Virus record (IMG/VR): IMGVR_UViG_3300016466_000630
Span: 1 to 39,938 of that record
DNA from: a virus
Taxonomy: Duplodnaviria; Caudoviricetes
Length of the DNA stretch: 39,938 nt
Direction: 5' to 3' (one strand)
The translations under genes and the position numbers were made by a program. The notes below the pieces were generated by a model. It worked only from the letters and a program-made list of their open reading frames with translations, searched no databases and was not told where the DNA came from. Of this stretch, positions 1-8,080 are shown piece after piece; position 1 is the stretch's first letter, and each line of letters opens with the position of its first letter.

Positions 1-401
1 ATGGCAAAATAACGACATGCAAAAATACACGAGTCTTCTGCACGCAGTAACATCTCTGACAATGAGTTTAAATTAAATACTTTCTTTTTTTTTGCGTCTT
101 TTAAGTCTAGCCACGGATGCCGTGCTTCGTAAATCATATCGTTAATGGTAGGGGCTAGGTGTTCGCCATAGTCAATCATGTCAACCATGACCGCACCTAA
201 CTCTACTGCATTCTCACCCATGAACACGACACATATAGACGTATCAGGTTCATTTTCAAGGTAAACTGCACGAGTCACTTTCCACGAATAAATCAAGTTA
301 GCATCGAGTTTCAACCGATACCGTTCAGGGTGCTGGGTTTCTACTTGAAACCCTAAAAAATCAAACTCCACCCACCTAGGGGCTGGTCTGTGTTTAGTCA
401 T
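1..401 (-). CDS. Hypothetical protein, 5' part; wraps across the window end into 39827..39938 (170 aa joined)
   Basis: ATG at 401-399 after RBS AAGGAGG; frame open to position 1 (133 codons + 2 nt); joins in frame with 39938..39827. Confidence 0.75.
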   Translation of the reverse strand, partial: MTKHRPAPRWVEFDFLGFQVETQHPERYRLKLDANLIYSWKVTRAVYLENEPDTSICVVFMGENAVELGAVMVDMIDYGEHLAPTINDMIYEARHPWLDLKDAKKKKVFNLNSLSEMLLRAEDSCIFACRYFA

Positions 402-582
402 CGCTATCCTCCTTTGGGCGGTCTTTGTGTACCTCTTGGTGCTGTTTGATGTGTTTACGCACTGCCTTGCGAATCTCTTGGCCTCGTGAACCCATCTCGG
501 CTTTAGCGATAGCATCAAGGGCGTTGATTTGGCTTACAGGCAGTCGCACATGCACTACTTCCATCGTTTCTTTTTTAGCCAT
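394..582 (-). CDS. Ribbon-helix-helix (CopG/Arc-like) DNA-binding protein
   Basis: VVHVRLP beta strand followed by helix-turn-helix pattern LDAIAK..SRGQEIRKAV; 62 aa. Confidence 0.75.
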   Translation of the reverse strand: MAKKETMEVVHVRLPVSQINALDAIAKAEMGSRGQEIRKAVRKHIKQHQEVHKDRPKEDSDD

Positions 583-629
583 TTTTAGCTTCTTCTTCTA
601 TCTTTTTCCGACTTTCCTCAATGTGCTTT

Positions 630-941
630 TCAATCTGCACTTATCAAATCTTTTTGCGGAAGATACCACTCGTCCTCTATCGCATCATGTTCTAACTGAT
701 ACATTCGTCCTGTAGGCTCTAAATATTCTTGGCTCCATGATACATTTAGAATTGAGTCCGATTTCTTTAGCCTCTCTGCACTAATATAACCGCAAGAATC
801 TTTGAGTAGCTTTAATTTTTCTTGGGCTTCCTTTTTTGTGTCTGCCTCAATGCTGATAGTTGCCTGGTAGTCTACTGCAACATCAACAAGTTGCGTACCT
901 TTAAATTCAAAATCAAAACAAGGCATAAACTTCCCTTTCAC
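630..941 (-). CDS. Hypothetical protein (start may be the ATG at 926)
   Basis: ORF in operon orientation; 'ISIEADTKKEA' resembles small phage proteins; lies downstream of the promoter at ~980. Confidence 0.6.
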   Translation of the reverse strand: MKGKFMPCFDFEFKGTQLVDVAVDYQATISIEADTKKEAQEKLKLLKDSCGYISAERLKKSDSILNVSWSQEYLEPTGRMYQLEHDAIEDEWYLPQKDLISAD

Positions 942-974
942 AAAAAACTAAATCAATTATCAAAGAAGATTTAC

Positions 975-983
975 ATTATAACA
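975..983 (-). promoter_or_regulatory. Extended -10 promoter (TGTTATAAT)
   Basis: TGnTATAAT on the minus strand between the terminator at 1005-1036 and gene 630..941; weak -35. Confidence 0.55.
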
Positions 984-1004
984 CAAAGAATCACAAAAGA
1001 AAAC

Positions 1005-1036
1005 AAAAAAAAGGAGGAGTGTCTCAATCTCCTCCG
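1005..1036 (-). terminator. Rho-independent terminator
   Basis: GGAGGAG/CTCCTCC stem followed by a T run on the minus strand, just after gene 1058..1306. Confidence 0.8.
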
Positions 1037-1057
1037 TTCGCTTATCGTCTTAGGTGT

Positions 1058-1306
1058 TTAGCTTTTTGTCTGTTTTGCTTTGTTAATTGCTTCTATAATC
1101 TCATCTCGCAGAAGCTCCGCATTATATTCCTCTGCATTAGCAAAGACGAGCTTTTGTGTGCGTACGTGCCACGCCACTTCCTTCCATGTGACTTCAAAAA
1201 CAAAGTCACCTCGCCATGTCTTTTTTATGGCTGTAACGTTGGTGATAGTGCTTGGGTCACACAAGTACCTATATCCGTTTTTGTCTGTAATCCACATTTT
1301 TTTCAC
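1058..1306 (-). CDS. Hypothetical protein
   Basis: 82 aa ORF, RBS GAGG, tightly packed in the operon. Confidence 0.65.
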   Translation of the reverse strand: MKKMWITDKNGYRYLCDPSTITNVTAIKKTWRGDFVFEVTWKEVAWHVRTQKLVFANAEEYNAELLRDEIIEAINKAKQTKS

Positions 1307-1311
1307 CTCTT

Positions 1312-1518
1312 TTACTTTGATTTTTGATACATGTGTATTTTCAACGCACCAGCTGGCGTCCTGCTTTGGTGTAGCACTACCTTAAACCCTTCAGGGATAC
1401 ATCCTCCTTCTACCAAAACAATAGCGTTTCGGCTTTTAAGAGGAGGCACTCTGCTGGCAATTTGTAATGCTTCTTCAGGTGTTATCCAGTCGCAGTGTGA
1501 AATAATAATACGTTTCAT
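1312..1518 (-). CDS. Hypothetical protein
   Basis: 68 aa ORF, RBS GAAAGGG, tightly packed. Confidence 0.6.
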   Translation of the reverse strand: MKRIIISHCDWITPEEALQIASRVPPLKSRNAIVLVEGGCIPEGFKVVLHQSRTPAGALKIHMYQKSK

Positions 1519-1529
1519 TTTGACCCTTT

Positions 1530-2054
1530 CTAACTAGCATCAATACCGAACTGCATATGTGCAGTTCGGTTACCGTCTTTCAGTTTCTCTCGCAATCTAG
1601 CTTCTAGCTCTCTTCCTTCTTTTAAGGCGGTTTCTCGCCACGTCACGAGGTCTAAACCTGTGATGCGAATCAACGTACCTTTTAGCTCATCAGAGGGGAT
1701 TTTACGAGGCTCCTCAAACGTTACAATTTGTGCATCTTTGGCCGTGTAGCTATAGACACGAAAAACTGCATCTAAAGAATGCTTTAAAAAACCGTCTGTA
1801 TCCCCTGCGTTCATGCTTAACTCTCCCTGTTTGGTTAAAACCTTTGGGAAAAAGAAAACAAGCTCGACACGCAACGGTTGCTTAGGTGCAAACGGCCAAT
1901 GCTGGCTTTTACACGCCTTTTCTACAATTCGTTGCCACTCTTTTAGCTCTTCGGCTTTGTAATGCACAACTCTTTTTAGTTTTTTGTTGTACATGCTTTT
2001 TGTGGCATGATTCAACCCAGGGGGCAAACCTTCAATTAATAATTCAAAGTGCAT
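1530..2054 (-). CDS. rusA: RusA-like Holliday junction resolvase
   Basis: P..N N-terminal motif, VELVFFFP strand, GDTDGFLKHSLDAV and KDAQIV resemble the RusA acidic catalytic motifs (DxDNxxK..D / DDxQIV). Confidence 0.7.
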   Translation of the reverse strand: MHFELLIEGLPPGLNHATKSMYNKKLKRVVHYKAEELKEWQRIVEKACKSQHWPFAPKQPLRVELVFFFPKVLTKQGELSMNAGDTDGFLKHSLDAVFRVYSYTAKDAQIVTFEEPRKIPSDELKGTLIRITGLDLVTWRETALKEGRELEARLREKLKDGNRTAHMQFGIDAS

Positions 2055-2059
2055 CGGGT

Positions 2060-2464
2060 CTAATCCTTTGTTTTAATATCTTTATCGTTCACATCATGGA
2101 ACTTGTGCCACCAGTGCGAAAAGTCACCTGTATAGATGCCCCACTGGCTTGTGGCCGCTTCTTCTAGCGATATTTCGGAGTCCACCGTCCACGGTTCACG
2201 CTTGCCTGTATCAAGCATGACAACCTTCTTGCCTTGCTTCATCCACTTTACCGCTTGTTGAATCGTGGCTCCCTTCTTTTTAGAAAGATGCTCCATCAAA
2301 ACAGGTGACACCAAACTAAAAATGCCATAAAAAATAACGTAAATAAGAGACAAGCAAGAAACAGTTATAAAAAAGGGCTGTTTTGAGGCAAGCCCTAAAA
2401 GAAGCAAGGCGACAATCAAAAACGTAATACTTGCTGATACTGTTAAAATCACAATTTCGTGCAT
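2060..2464 (-). CDS. Membrane protein (2 N-terminal TM segments plus soluble C-terminal domain)
   Basis: Two hydrophobic stretches, then TIQQAVKWMKQGKKV. Confidence 0.65.
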   Translation of the reverse strand: MHEIVILTVSASITFLIVALLLLGLASKQPFFITVSCLSLIYVIFYGIFSLVSPVLMEHLSKKKGATIQQAVKWMKQGKKVVMLDTGKREPWTVDSEISLEEAATSQWGIYTGDFSHWWHKFHDVNDKDIKTKD

Positions 2465-2466
2465 AA

Positions 2467-2829
2467 TTACTTTCCTTCCTTCAAGGCTTCATCGGCTTTA
2501 TCGGTTACATGCTCGACTAGGTCAAGCACCTTCAACGAGAGGGCGTCTAGCTTTTGTGCCTGCTTGCTGTTGACAACTTGAGGCACAAGGTACATCGCAC
2601 CTAGCGTTTGTGAGCTGGGGATAAAAATGGACAAAGTGAAAAAGAAAATACTAAGCAAAAAAGAACAGCATGATGTGATAATTAGATACTTCTTACCACG
2701 TTCCATCAAGAAAGGAAACACCATAAATAGCATCGGAGCGGCTATAAACCACAAAAAACCTGTAAATGCACTCGTAGACTTAAATGTATCCGCCTGCATG
2801 ACTAAATAAACATCTAAAGGAGTTAACAT
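2467..2829 (-). CDS. Membrane protein (2 TM)
   Basis: Hydrophobic segments ending in FIPSSQTLGAMY, a pattern common in small phage membrane proteins. Confidence 0.7.
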   Translation of the reverse strand: MLTPLDVYLVMQADTFKSTSAFTGFLWFIAAPMLFMVFPFLMERGKKYLIITSCCSFLLSIFFFTLSIFIPSSQTLGAMYLVPQVVNSKQAQKLDALSLKVLDLVEHVTDKADEALKEGK

Positions 2830-3076
2830 AATTTACCTACTTTCTAACATCAAATACATCAATGTTAATTTGTCATTTGTTTCTTGCCACTGCAAATAAC
2901 GATTCACGCAAAAAGGTGTAAGTTTTTCAGGATATTCTTGTAAACGTTGCATTAACACTTCTAGTTCTTCGTGCAATTCAGGACATTGCACAAGCACTCT
3001 AGTGTTGCTTAAACATTTTTTAACATGAGCCTTAAAAATACTTACCTACTTTCTAAACCTATCGAAATCGATATAA

Positions 3077-3274
3077 TTAAACCCTACTCACTGGCGTTGG
3101 CTTTGTGTTTGCTTTTCGCTCCAGCTCGTTGACTTTCTGTTGAAGCTTTACTAGGTCGCTTCTGTGTTGCTTGCTGAATTGTTGTTGTTCTTCCAGCTTT
3201 TTCTCTAGGTCTTTGATGTGTTCTTGCATGCTTTGAACAACAAGCAACACCCTATCTAGTGTAGGGTCTTTCAT
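3077..3274 (-). CDS. Coiled-coil hypothetical protein
   Basis: RBS AAGGAG; heptad-rich 65 aa ORF. Confidence 0.7.
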   Translation of the reverse strand: MKDPTLDRVLLVVQSMQEHIKDLEKKLEEQQQFSKQHRSDLVKLQQKVNELERKANTKPTPVSRV

Positions 3275-3291
3275 AGCGGTTTCTCCTTTGC

Positions 3292-5511
3292 TTACTTCCA
3301 GGCACTTCTAAAGGTTAACGCAAACTCTCGCTCATCCAGTGGGCTAGAACTCGTCACCTGACGCATGATTTGCTCTGCTTCACTTTCGATAAAGCCTTTG
3401 TCTCTTAGCCAACGGACGCAACGAAACAACGTGTTGTTTCGGTTGCCATCGTGATAAGCAACTTGGCAGAACGTGTTTATCGCCTTAACACACCGTCTTC
3501 TTTGCTCATCGAGGCCAATAGACACATCGGCTTTGGTGAACACCACAGGACGGGCTACAGTGGCTGTATCATCCATGAAACGCTCCCACTCCAACGCATG
3601 GCCGTAAAGGTTTGCGTAAGTGATACCTTGGCCTGCCTCACCGTTCTGTTGAGCGTAATAGCGTGCCTTCTCAATGCAAGCCTTATCCACAACGGCATCA
3701 ATGCCTAAGTGCTTAGCAATGTTGGTTAGAATCCGCTTATACGCCTCTGATGACACGTTTTTAACTGGCTTATCCAACACAACAACGATGCGAAACTTAG
3801 GGTGTGCCTCGGTAGAAGAGGAGGTGTTGATAATAACCCCCTGGTATCCACTTAAACGGCTTTTCGCATCCGACACGGTGAACATAGTTTCAGGCGTTGC
3901 TTTATCGTTATCCACATCAAAAAATGCTAGGTTACCCATGTACTCCACGTTCTCGGTTTTGCGGTGGCCGTCTTTAAAAATAGCGGGCGATACATGACAC
4001 GATGATGAGTACAACGTTAGCTCTTCAAGCGTGCTAGTGACGACTTCATACCCTCTAGCGTTGCAATGCTTTGGGCGTTCGGGGTCATCAGGGGGCTTTA
4101 CAGAGTACGTCACCACGGCTTCAGGAGTAGCATCCATCGGCTTTAAGTAACACACATAGCCACGTCTGCCTTTGGTGTTGTCTCCTTCTTCGTGGACGAG
4201 GTAAAAACCATCTTCTTCCGCCATTTGCATAGCTTCAAATAGCAAGGCATTCCAAGCATCGCCTTTGGGGACTTTGTTGCGTGGTCGTAAATCAAGTTTC
4301 AAGTCACGCACACGGTATGGTGTCTTGCTTTGCTTGAGTAGGTGTAGAATCTGTGTCTCGTATGAGCTAGATTCTTCCAACGCTTCATCTTCAACGCTCG
4401 CAATCAACTCTGCGTAATGCTTGGCTGATTCTTGAACGTAGGCCATGGCACTTTCAGCATGAGCTTTTGAAACGTAAAAAACGCCGTCAATAAACGCTAA
4501 GATGCACGCTAGCTTTTGAGCCTTAAACACATGGTCGTTTCGCTCGTTATCTGCATCTTTGTTATCGCTTTCAAATTGATTATGATACGCATAATCCCGA
4601 AACAAACGAATAGCCTCAACGTCAAAAATAAATTGCTTCCCCTCACTGGTTGCAAACCTAGTAAAAACGTTCTCAAAATAGGCAGAAGCTTTTTCGGTCT
4701 TTTCTAACTCGGGTATCATATCAAACACATGACGCTCAACAATTTTACGCTTGGGGATGTAAGTAAAAAGGGTTCTGCGTGCAAACCCTTTTCTCAAAAA
4801 TGCCCTAAATTGTTTAAACGTTTTTTCGCTTTCAAGCAAGGCTTCTTTGTTACCCATGAAGTGGAGGTTAAACGCAATGCCCTCGGCGTTGAGCTGAAAA
4901 AACTCGCCCTTTAAGGGTCTACTAATGCTCTTTTTACCGCCCGAAAAATCAAGCAAGGTACTGATAAAATCTTGTTTCTCTTGATTTTTTGAAACAATTT
5001 CATCCGCACATTCATCGATGATATGTGTGTAGCCACCAACACCCAAACGTCTCATTGTGTCAATCGAGTGGGCGATACCTTGAGATGTACCTAGCTGGGT
5101 AAACTCCAACGCAAACGGCTTGAGGCAATGCTCTTTTTTGTAGGCTTCAATCCGCTGGATAGCCTTTTCGCTTGCCTCGCCGTAAGTTGCCCTAGCGATT
5201 CCTTCCACATTTTGGTTGTACACCAATACCTTCTGCTCAATGAGCTTGTAATAGGCGTTTCTCGCACGCTTAAACACGGCGTTCACACCGTGCGTCACAC
5301 GACTTTTACCGCCCCCTTGTGGAGCCACGGTCATAAACACCATCGACAAAGGGATGCTTGACGCAGAGGAGTCCACGGGCGAAAACGTGGCTTGCGTTGC
5401 CCCCACCAAGCTAAATAACTGGGCTAACACATAAGCCCGAATCATGTTTCTGTCGTCTCGTGGACTGATTTGTTCAATCAAGTCTACGATTCTCTCTAAC
5501 CCAGTGTGCAT
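3292..5511 (-). CDS. Replication protein: N-terminal P-loop helicase (DUF3987-like), AEP-type primase, PriCT-like C-terminus
   Basis: Walker A APQGGGKS, Walker B HIIDE, GFARR arginine finger; FFDVDN, HPKFRIVVVL and DKAC..ARYY primase motifs; GNRNNTLF PriCT motif. Start moved to ATG 5511 (MHTGLE) because 5512-5700 is a structured leader. Confidence 0.8.
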   Translation of the reverse strand: MHTGLERIVDLIEQISPRDDRNMIRAYVLAQLFSLVGATQATFSPVDSSASSIPLSMVFMTVAPQGGGKSRVTHGVNAVFKRARNAYYKLIEQKVLVYNQNVEGIARATYGEASEKAIQRIEAYKKEHCLKPFALEFTQLGTSQGIAHSIDTMRRLGVGGYTHIIDECADEIVSKNQEKQDFISTLLDFSGGKKSISRPLKGEFFQLNAEGIAFNLHFMGNKEALLESEKTFKQFRAFLRKGFARRTLFTYIPKRKIVERHVFDMIPELEKTEKASAYFENVFTRFATSEGKQFIFDVEAIRLFRDYAYHNQFESDNKDADNERNDHVFKAQKLACILAFIDGVFYVSKAHAESAMAYVQESAKHYAELIASVEDEALEESSSYETQILHLLKQSKTPYRVRDLKLDLRPRNKVPKGDAWNALLFEAMQMAEEDGFYLVHEEGDNTKGRRGYVCYLKPMDATPEAVVTYSVKPPDDPERPKHCNARGYEVVTSTLEELTLYSSSCHVSPAIFKDGHRKTENVEYMGNLAFFDVDNDKATPETMFTVSDAKSRLSGYQGVIINTSSSTEAHPKFRIVVVLDKPVKNVSSEAYKRILTNIAKHLGIDAVVDKACIEKARYYAQQNGEAGQGITYANLYGHALEWERFMDDTATVARPVVFTKADVSIGLDEQRRRCVKAINTFCQVAYHDGNRNNTLFRCVRWLRDKGFIESEAEQIMRQVTSSSPLDEREFALTFRSAWK

Positions 5512-5522
5512 AAAAAACTTTC

Positions 5523-5697
5523 TAAAAACTAGATAGCAGGCAGTAGAAAAGTTGGAAAAGAAGGTTTTACCCAGCGACCCCCCTAGCCTTACGGACACGG
5601 ATATATACCCATGGGTTTTACTCCTAGGGCTACCTACTACCCAGTTTTTAAGAAGCATCAAACTTCTTTTCCGTACTTTCTAGGTACGCTGGGGTTC
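5523..5697 (-). ncRNA. Structured leader with C4/CI-like antisense RNA architecture upstream of the replication gene
   Basis: Closing stem 5683-5695/5569-5579; internal segments 5663-5682 and 5630-5650 complementary to downstream 5544-5563 and 5523-5543; internal hairpins AGAAG/CTTCT and CCCTAG/CTAGGG. Confidence 0.7.
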
Positions 5698-5707
5698 AGT
5701 ACAAACA

Positions 5708-5736
5708 ATTATAACCATGGTTTTTTGTAATTTCAA
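5708..5736 (-). promoter_or_regulatory. Sigma70-type promoter for the replication operon
   Basis: TTGAAA-17 bp-TATAAT with TGG just upstream of the -10. Confidence 0.85.
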
Positions 5737-5766
5737 CCCTCCTATTTTATCTATTTTTTACCCCTA

Positions 5767-6217
5767 TTATGCACAAGATTTAATTATGCACAATAGGTTG
5801 TGCATAAGTTTGTGCATAATGCAACCCACGCTACATAAGGCTTTGAGGCATTATGCACAAATGCACAAGTTTTTCTAATAAATAAAAAATATTATATATT
5901 TATTTATATATAAGAAATAAGAAACTTGTGCATAATTAAAAACTTTCCTAGGAAAAATAAATCCTGTGCAGAATAAAAATATACCCTATAGAGGCTTGTG
6001 CATTTGTTCATTTGTTCATAATGGCTTCAAACCCTTTACTGGCAAGGGTTACATTATGCACAACATTTTTAGAATAAAGTGTTCATAATGAAAACGTGTG
6101 CATAATGCCTAGGGGGTTATGTTAGCGACACAAATGTCGCCAACATATAACAGCAAGGTAAATCGTGTTGAAGATACCCAAAATCAGCTGGGGTTTTGTA
6201 ATACCGATTATGCACAA
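5767..6217. repeat. Putative replication origin: TTATGCACAA iterons in both orientations around an AT-rich core
   Basis: TTATGCACAA at 5767, 5784, 5851, 6054, 6208; TTGTGCATAA at 5798, 5810, 5926; variants at 5861, 5964, 5995, 6079, 6096; AT-rich 5870-5925; adjacent to the primase-helicase gene. Confidence 0.8.
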
Positions 6218-6289
6218 AATGCCCCACAATAGCAGGAGTGCTATCGAAGTCAGCCAAACTCTGTAAACAAGGGCTATCCACATATCCAT
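6122..6289 (-). CDS. Small membrane protein (55 aa, MDMWIALV...)
   Basis: RBS GGAG; hydrophobic; overlaps the upstream ORF stop. Confidence 0.5.
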   Translation of the reverse strand: MDMWIALVYRVWLTSIALLLLWGILCIIGITKPQLILGIFNTIYLAVICWRHLCR

Positions 6290-6423
6290 TTCCACACTCC
6301 ATAAGCGATCAGGTGAACAATCAAAACGCACGGCAAGACAACAAACAACACCAGGCACGTGGTGTAGGCGATGTACTCTAAGGCAAGGGATAAAACCTCA
6401 CCTAACTTTGTGTAAAACAACAT
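6274..6423 (-). CDS. Small membrane protein (49 aa, not in the ORF track)
   Basis: MLFYTKLGEVLSLALEYIAYTTCLVLFVVLPCVLIVHLIAYGVWKWICG; fills the gap between neighbours. Confidence 0.5.
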   Translation of the reverse strand: MLFYTKLGEVLSLALEYIAYTTCLVLFVVLPCVLIVHLIAYGVWKWICG

Positions 6424-6426
6424 TGT

Positions 6427-6630
6427 TTAGTTCCCCCATTTATCTAACGAAAAAAGAAACCATTGGTAAAGTGTAGCGACAATTTCCATGAATAAAGATA
6501 CACTTAGGAGGATTGGCAATAAAGCAAGATAAACTATCCAGTCACGCACGCCAGCAACAAAAAATAGCAAATAGACAAAAAACGTTCCCCCAAAAAACGT
6601 TGTTAAAAAAGAAGCTAAAAACTTTTTCAT
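6427..6630 (-). CDS. Small membrane protein (67 aa, MKKFLASF...)
   Basis: ATGA overlap with the upstream stop at 6627-6630; two hydrophobic segments. Confidence 0.65.
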   Translation of the reverse strand: MKKFLASFLTTFFGGTFFVYLLFFVAGVRDWIVYLALLPILLSVSLFMEIVATLYQWFLFSLDKWGN

Positions 6631-6935
6631 TTCAATTGCCCTTTCATTTTCACACGATAAATAAAGCTTTGATTCCATAATTGAACTTTGCTACTTTCAG
6701 GAATGCTCCACACCTTCAGGTGCTTTGTGACCTCGCTTAACTGCTCCATATGCTCTTGGGCGATAATCACTCGGGTATACGCTGGTAACGTGGCTAAAAA
6801 GGCTTTGAGACGCTTCATTTTACCGTGATTCTCTAAGTTGCCTTTAAACGGTTGTACCATCGAGCAACTCATGACCAACTCATTTTTCTGATTTAGCAGG
6901 TACACGTGACACCCTGTTAGATTGTAAATCTCCAT
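6627..6935 (-). CDS. Hypothetical protein (MEIYNLTG...)
   Basis: RBS GGAGGAG before ATG 6935. Confidence 0.65.
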   Translation of the reverse strand: MEIYNLTGCHVYLLNQKNELVMSCSMVQPFKGNLENHGKMKRLKAFLATLPAYTRVIIAQEHMEQLSEVTKHLKVWSIPESSKVQLWNQSFIYRVKMKGQLK

Positions 6936-7053
6936 TTGACTCCTCCAAGCAAACATTAAGGCATCGGCGGTTGTACGCCACGACAAGGGGTTTAAAAGTA
7001 CCCTCGGCATAACTTATACACCAAGGGTAAAAACAAGGGGCTTAAAACGGCTT

Positions 7054-7410
7054 TTAATCAACTAAGCCTTGAGCGTTAAACATGAGACTAAAAAGTTTGA
7101 TTTTAGCTTCAAGGTCTGCAACACGCTGTTCAATGTCGGCGATATTCGTGTCGCTAACATGTTCTGCTTCAGCCTGTGCTAGCTCGGCCTCGGTGATGAA
7201 GAGGTCGGCATAGTCGGGGTTGATATTTTTGATGGTGTAGGGTAAGTGACGGTAATTAAGTATGTCGTCCCTATGCAGGGAACAGTAATTTCTTTCAACC
7301 ACGCAATCACTGCTCCCTATGTGAAACATCAAAAACGCCACAAACTTTTTGACTTCTTCAGGTGTTCTAATCACGTAACCGTTTTCAGGGCGTAAAAGTT
7401 TTTGCATCAT
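7054..7410 (-). CDS. Hypothetical protein, paralogue of 10345..10890
   Basis: Shares MMQKLLRPE.G..I.TPEEV and NPD.A.LFITEAELAQA with 10345..10890. Confidence 0.8.
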   Translation of the reverse strand: MMQKLLRPENGYVIRTPEEVKKFVAFLMFHIGSSDCVVERNYCSLHRDDILNYRHLPYTIKNINPDYADLFITEAELAQAEAEHVSDTNIADIEQRVADLEAKIKLFSLMFNAQGLVD

Positions 7411-7426
7411 GGCGTGGCCTTTCTGG

Positions 7427-7618
7427 TTAAAACCAAATTAAGCTAGCTGGCAAAAACGTATGACCGCCAAAAGCATAAATCAATAAACCGATTACATAAA
7501 TTGCTGCAGCTACCCAAAATAACCACCAAATGATGTTTATCAAAAGCACTACTAACGCTAAAACAAAAGCTACTACAGTGGCTAAAATGCTCAAGTTCTC
7601 ATCTGACGACTTTTTCAT
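7427..7618 (-). CDS. Small membrane protein
   Basis: 63 aa, almost entirely hydrophobic; RBS AAGGAAAG. Confidence 0.65.
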   Translation of the reverse strand: MKKSSDENLSILATVVAFVLALVVLLINIIWWLFWVAAAIYVIGLLIYAFGGHTFLPASLIWF

Positions 7619-7650
7619 CTTTCAACTTTCCTTTTAACTTTCCTTTTACT

Positions 7651-7680
7651 CAAAAGCCGTAACCCTGTTGGGATACGGCG
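7651..7680 (-). terminator. Terminator-like hairpin after ssb
   Basis: GCCGTA-TCCC/GGG-T-TACGGC stem followed by TTTTG. Confidence 0.55.
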
Positions 7681-7726
7681 TTTAAGTTTAACTAATAAGT
7701 TTAACTAACTTTTAACTTACTTTTAA

Positions 7727-8080
7727 CTAAAAAGGGATAGCTTCATCTCCTCCGTACCACTCTCCAGCGTCATGTGCAACGCTTTGTGGCTCGTGGGTGG
7801 AGGCTTTGCGTTCAATGTGTACAGTCGCCTGCTGGGTGGGGTATAGCGTTACTTGAGGCTTTCCGTTGTACTCGGTGGCCTTTAGGTATCCTTCCGACAC
7901 TGTCACTTTATCCCAGGCATTTACAGGCTCGTCAAACCACATTTGAAGCCATAAACCCCCTTCGTATTTTCCAGTCGCTTTGTTTTTCGTACTTCCCACG
8001 CAAAAACTAGCAACATACTTTTGATTTACTTGGCGAACCGTTTTAATCGGTTCGGCATCTAGCACAATCGTTAAACTCAT
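7727..8080 (-). CDS. ssb: Single-stranded DNA-binding protein
   Basis: OB-fold-like pattern (DKVTV.EGYL...EYNGK), acidic tail ending DEAIPF, directly after the ERF gene. Confidence 0.8.
   Translation of the reverse strand: MSLTIVLDAEPIKTVRQVNQKYVASFCVGSTKNKATGKYEGGLWLQMWFDEPVNAWDKVTVSEGYLKATEYNGKPQVTLYPTQQATVHIERKASTHEPQSVAHDAGEWYGGDEAIPF

Noticed and set aside
2873-3060. Open frame of ~55 codons after a duplicated TAGAAAGTAGGTAA RBS-like block (also at 2834-2847)
   Set aside because: No convincing start codon at the RBS; possibly a gene remnant, not supportable as a CDS
5512-5661. N-terminal extension of the replication protein in the ORF track
   Set aside because: TTG start without RBS, inside a strongly base-paired leader just downstream of the promoter
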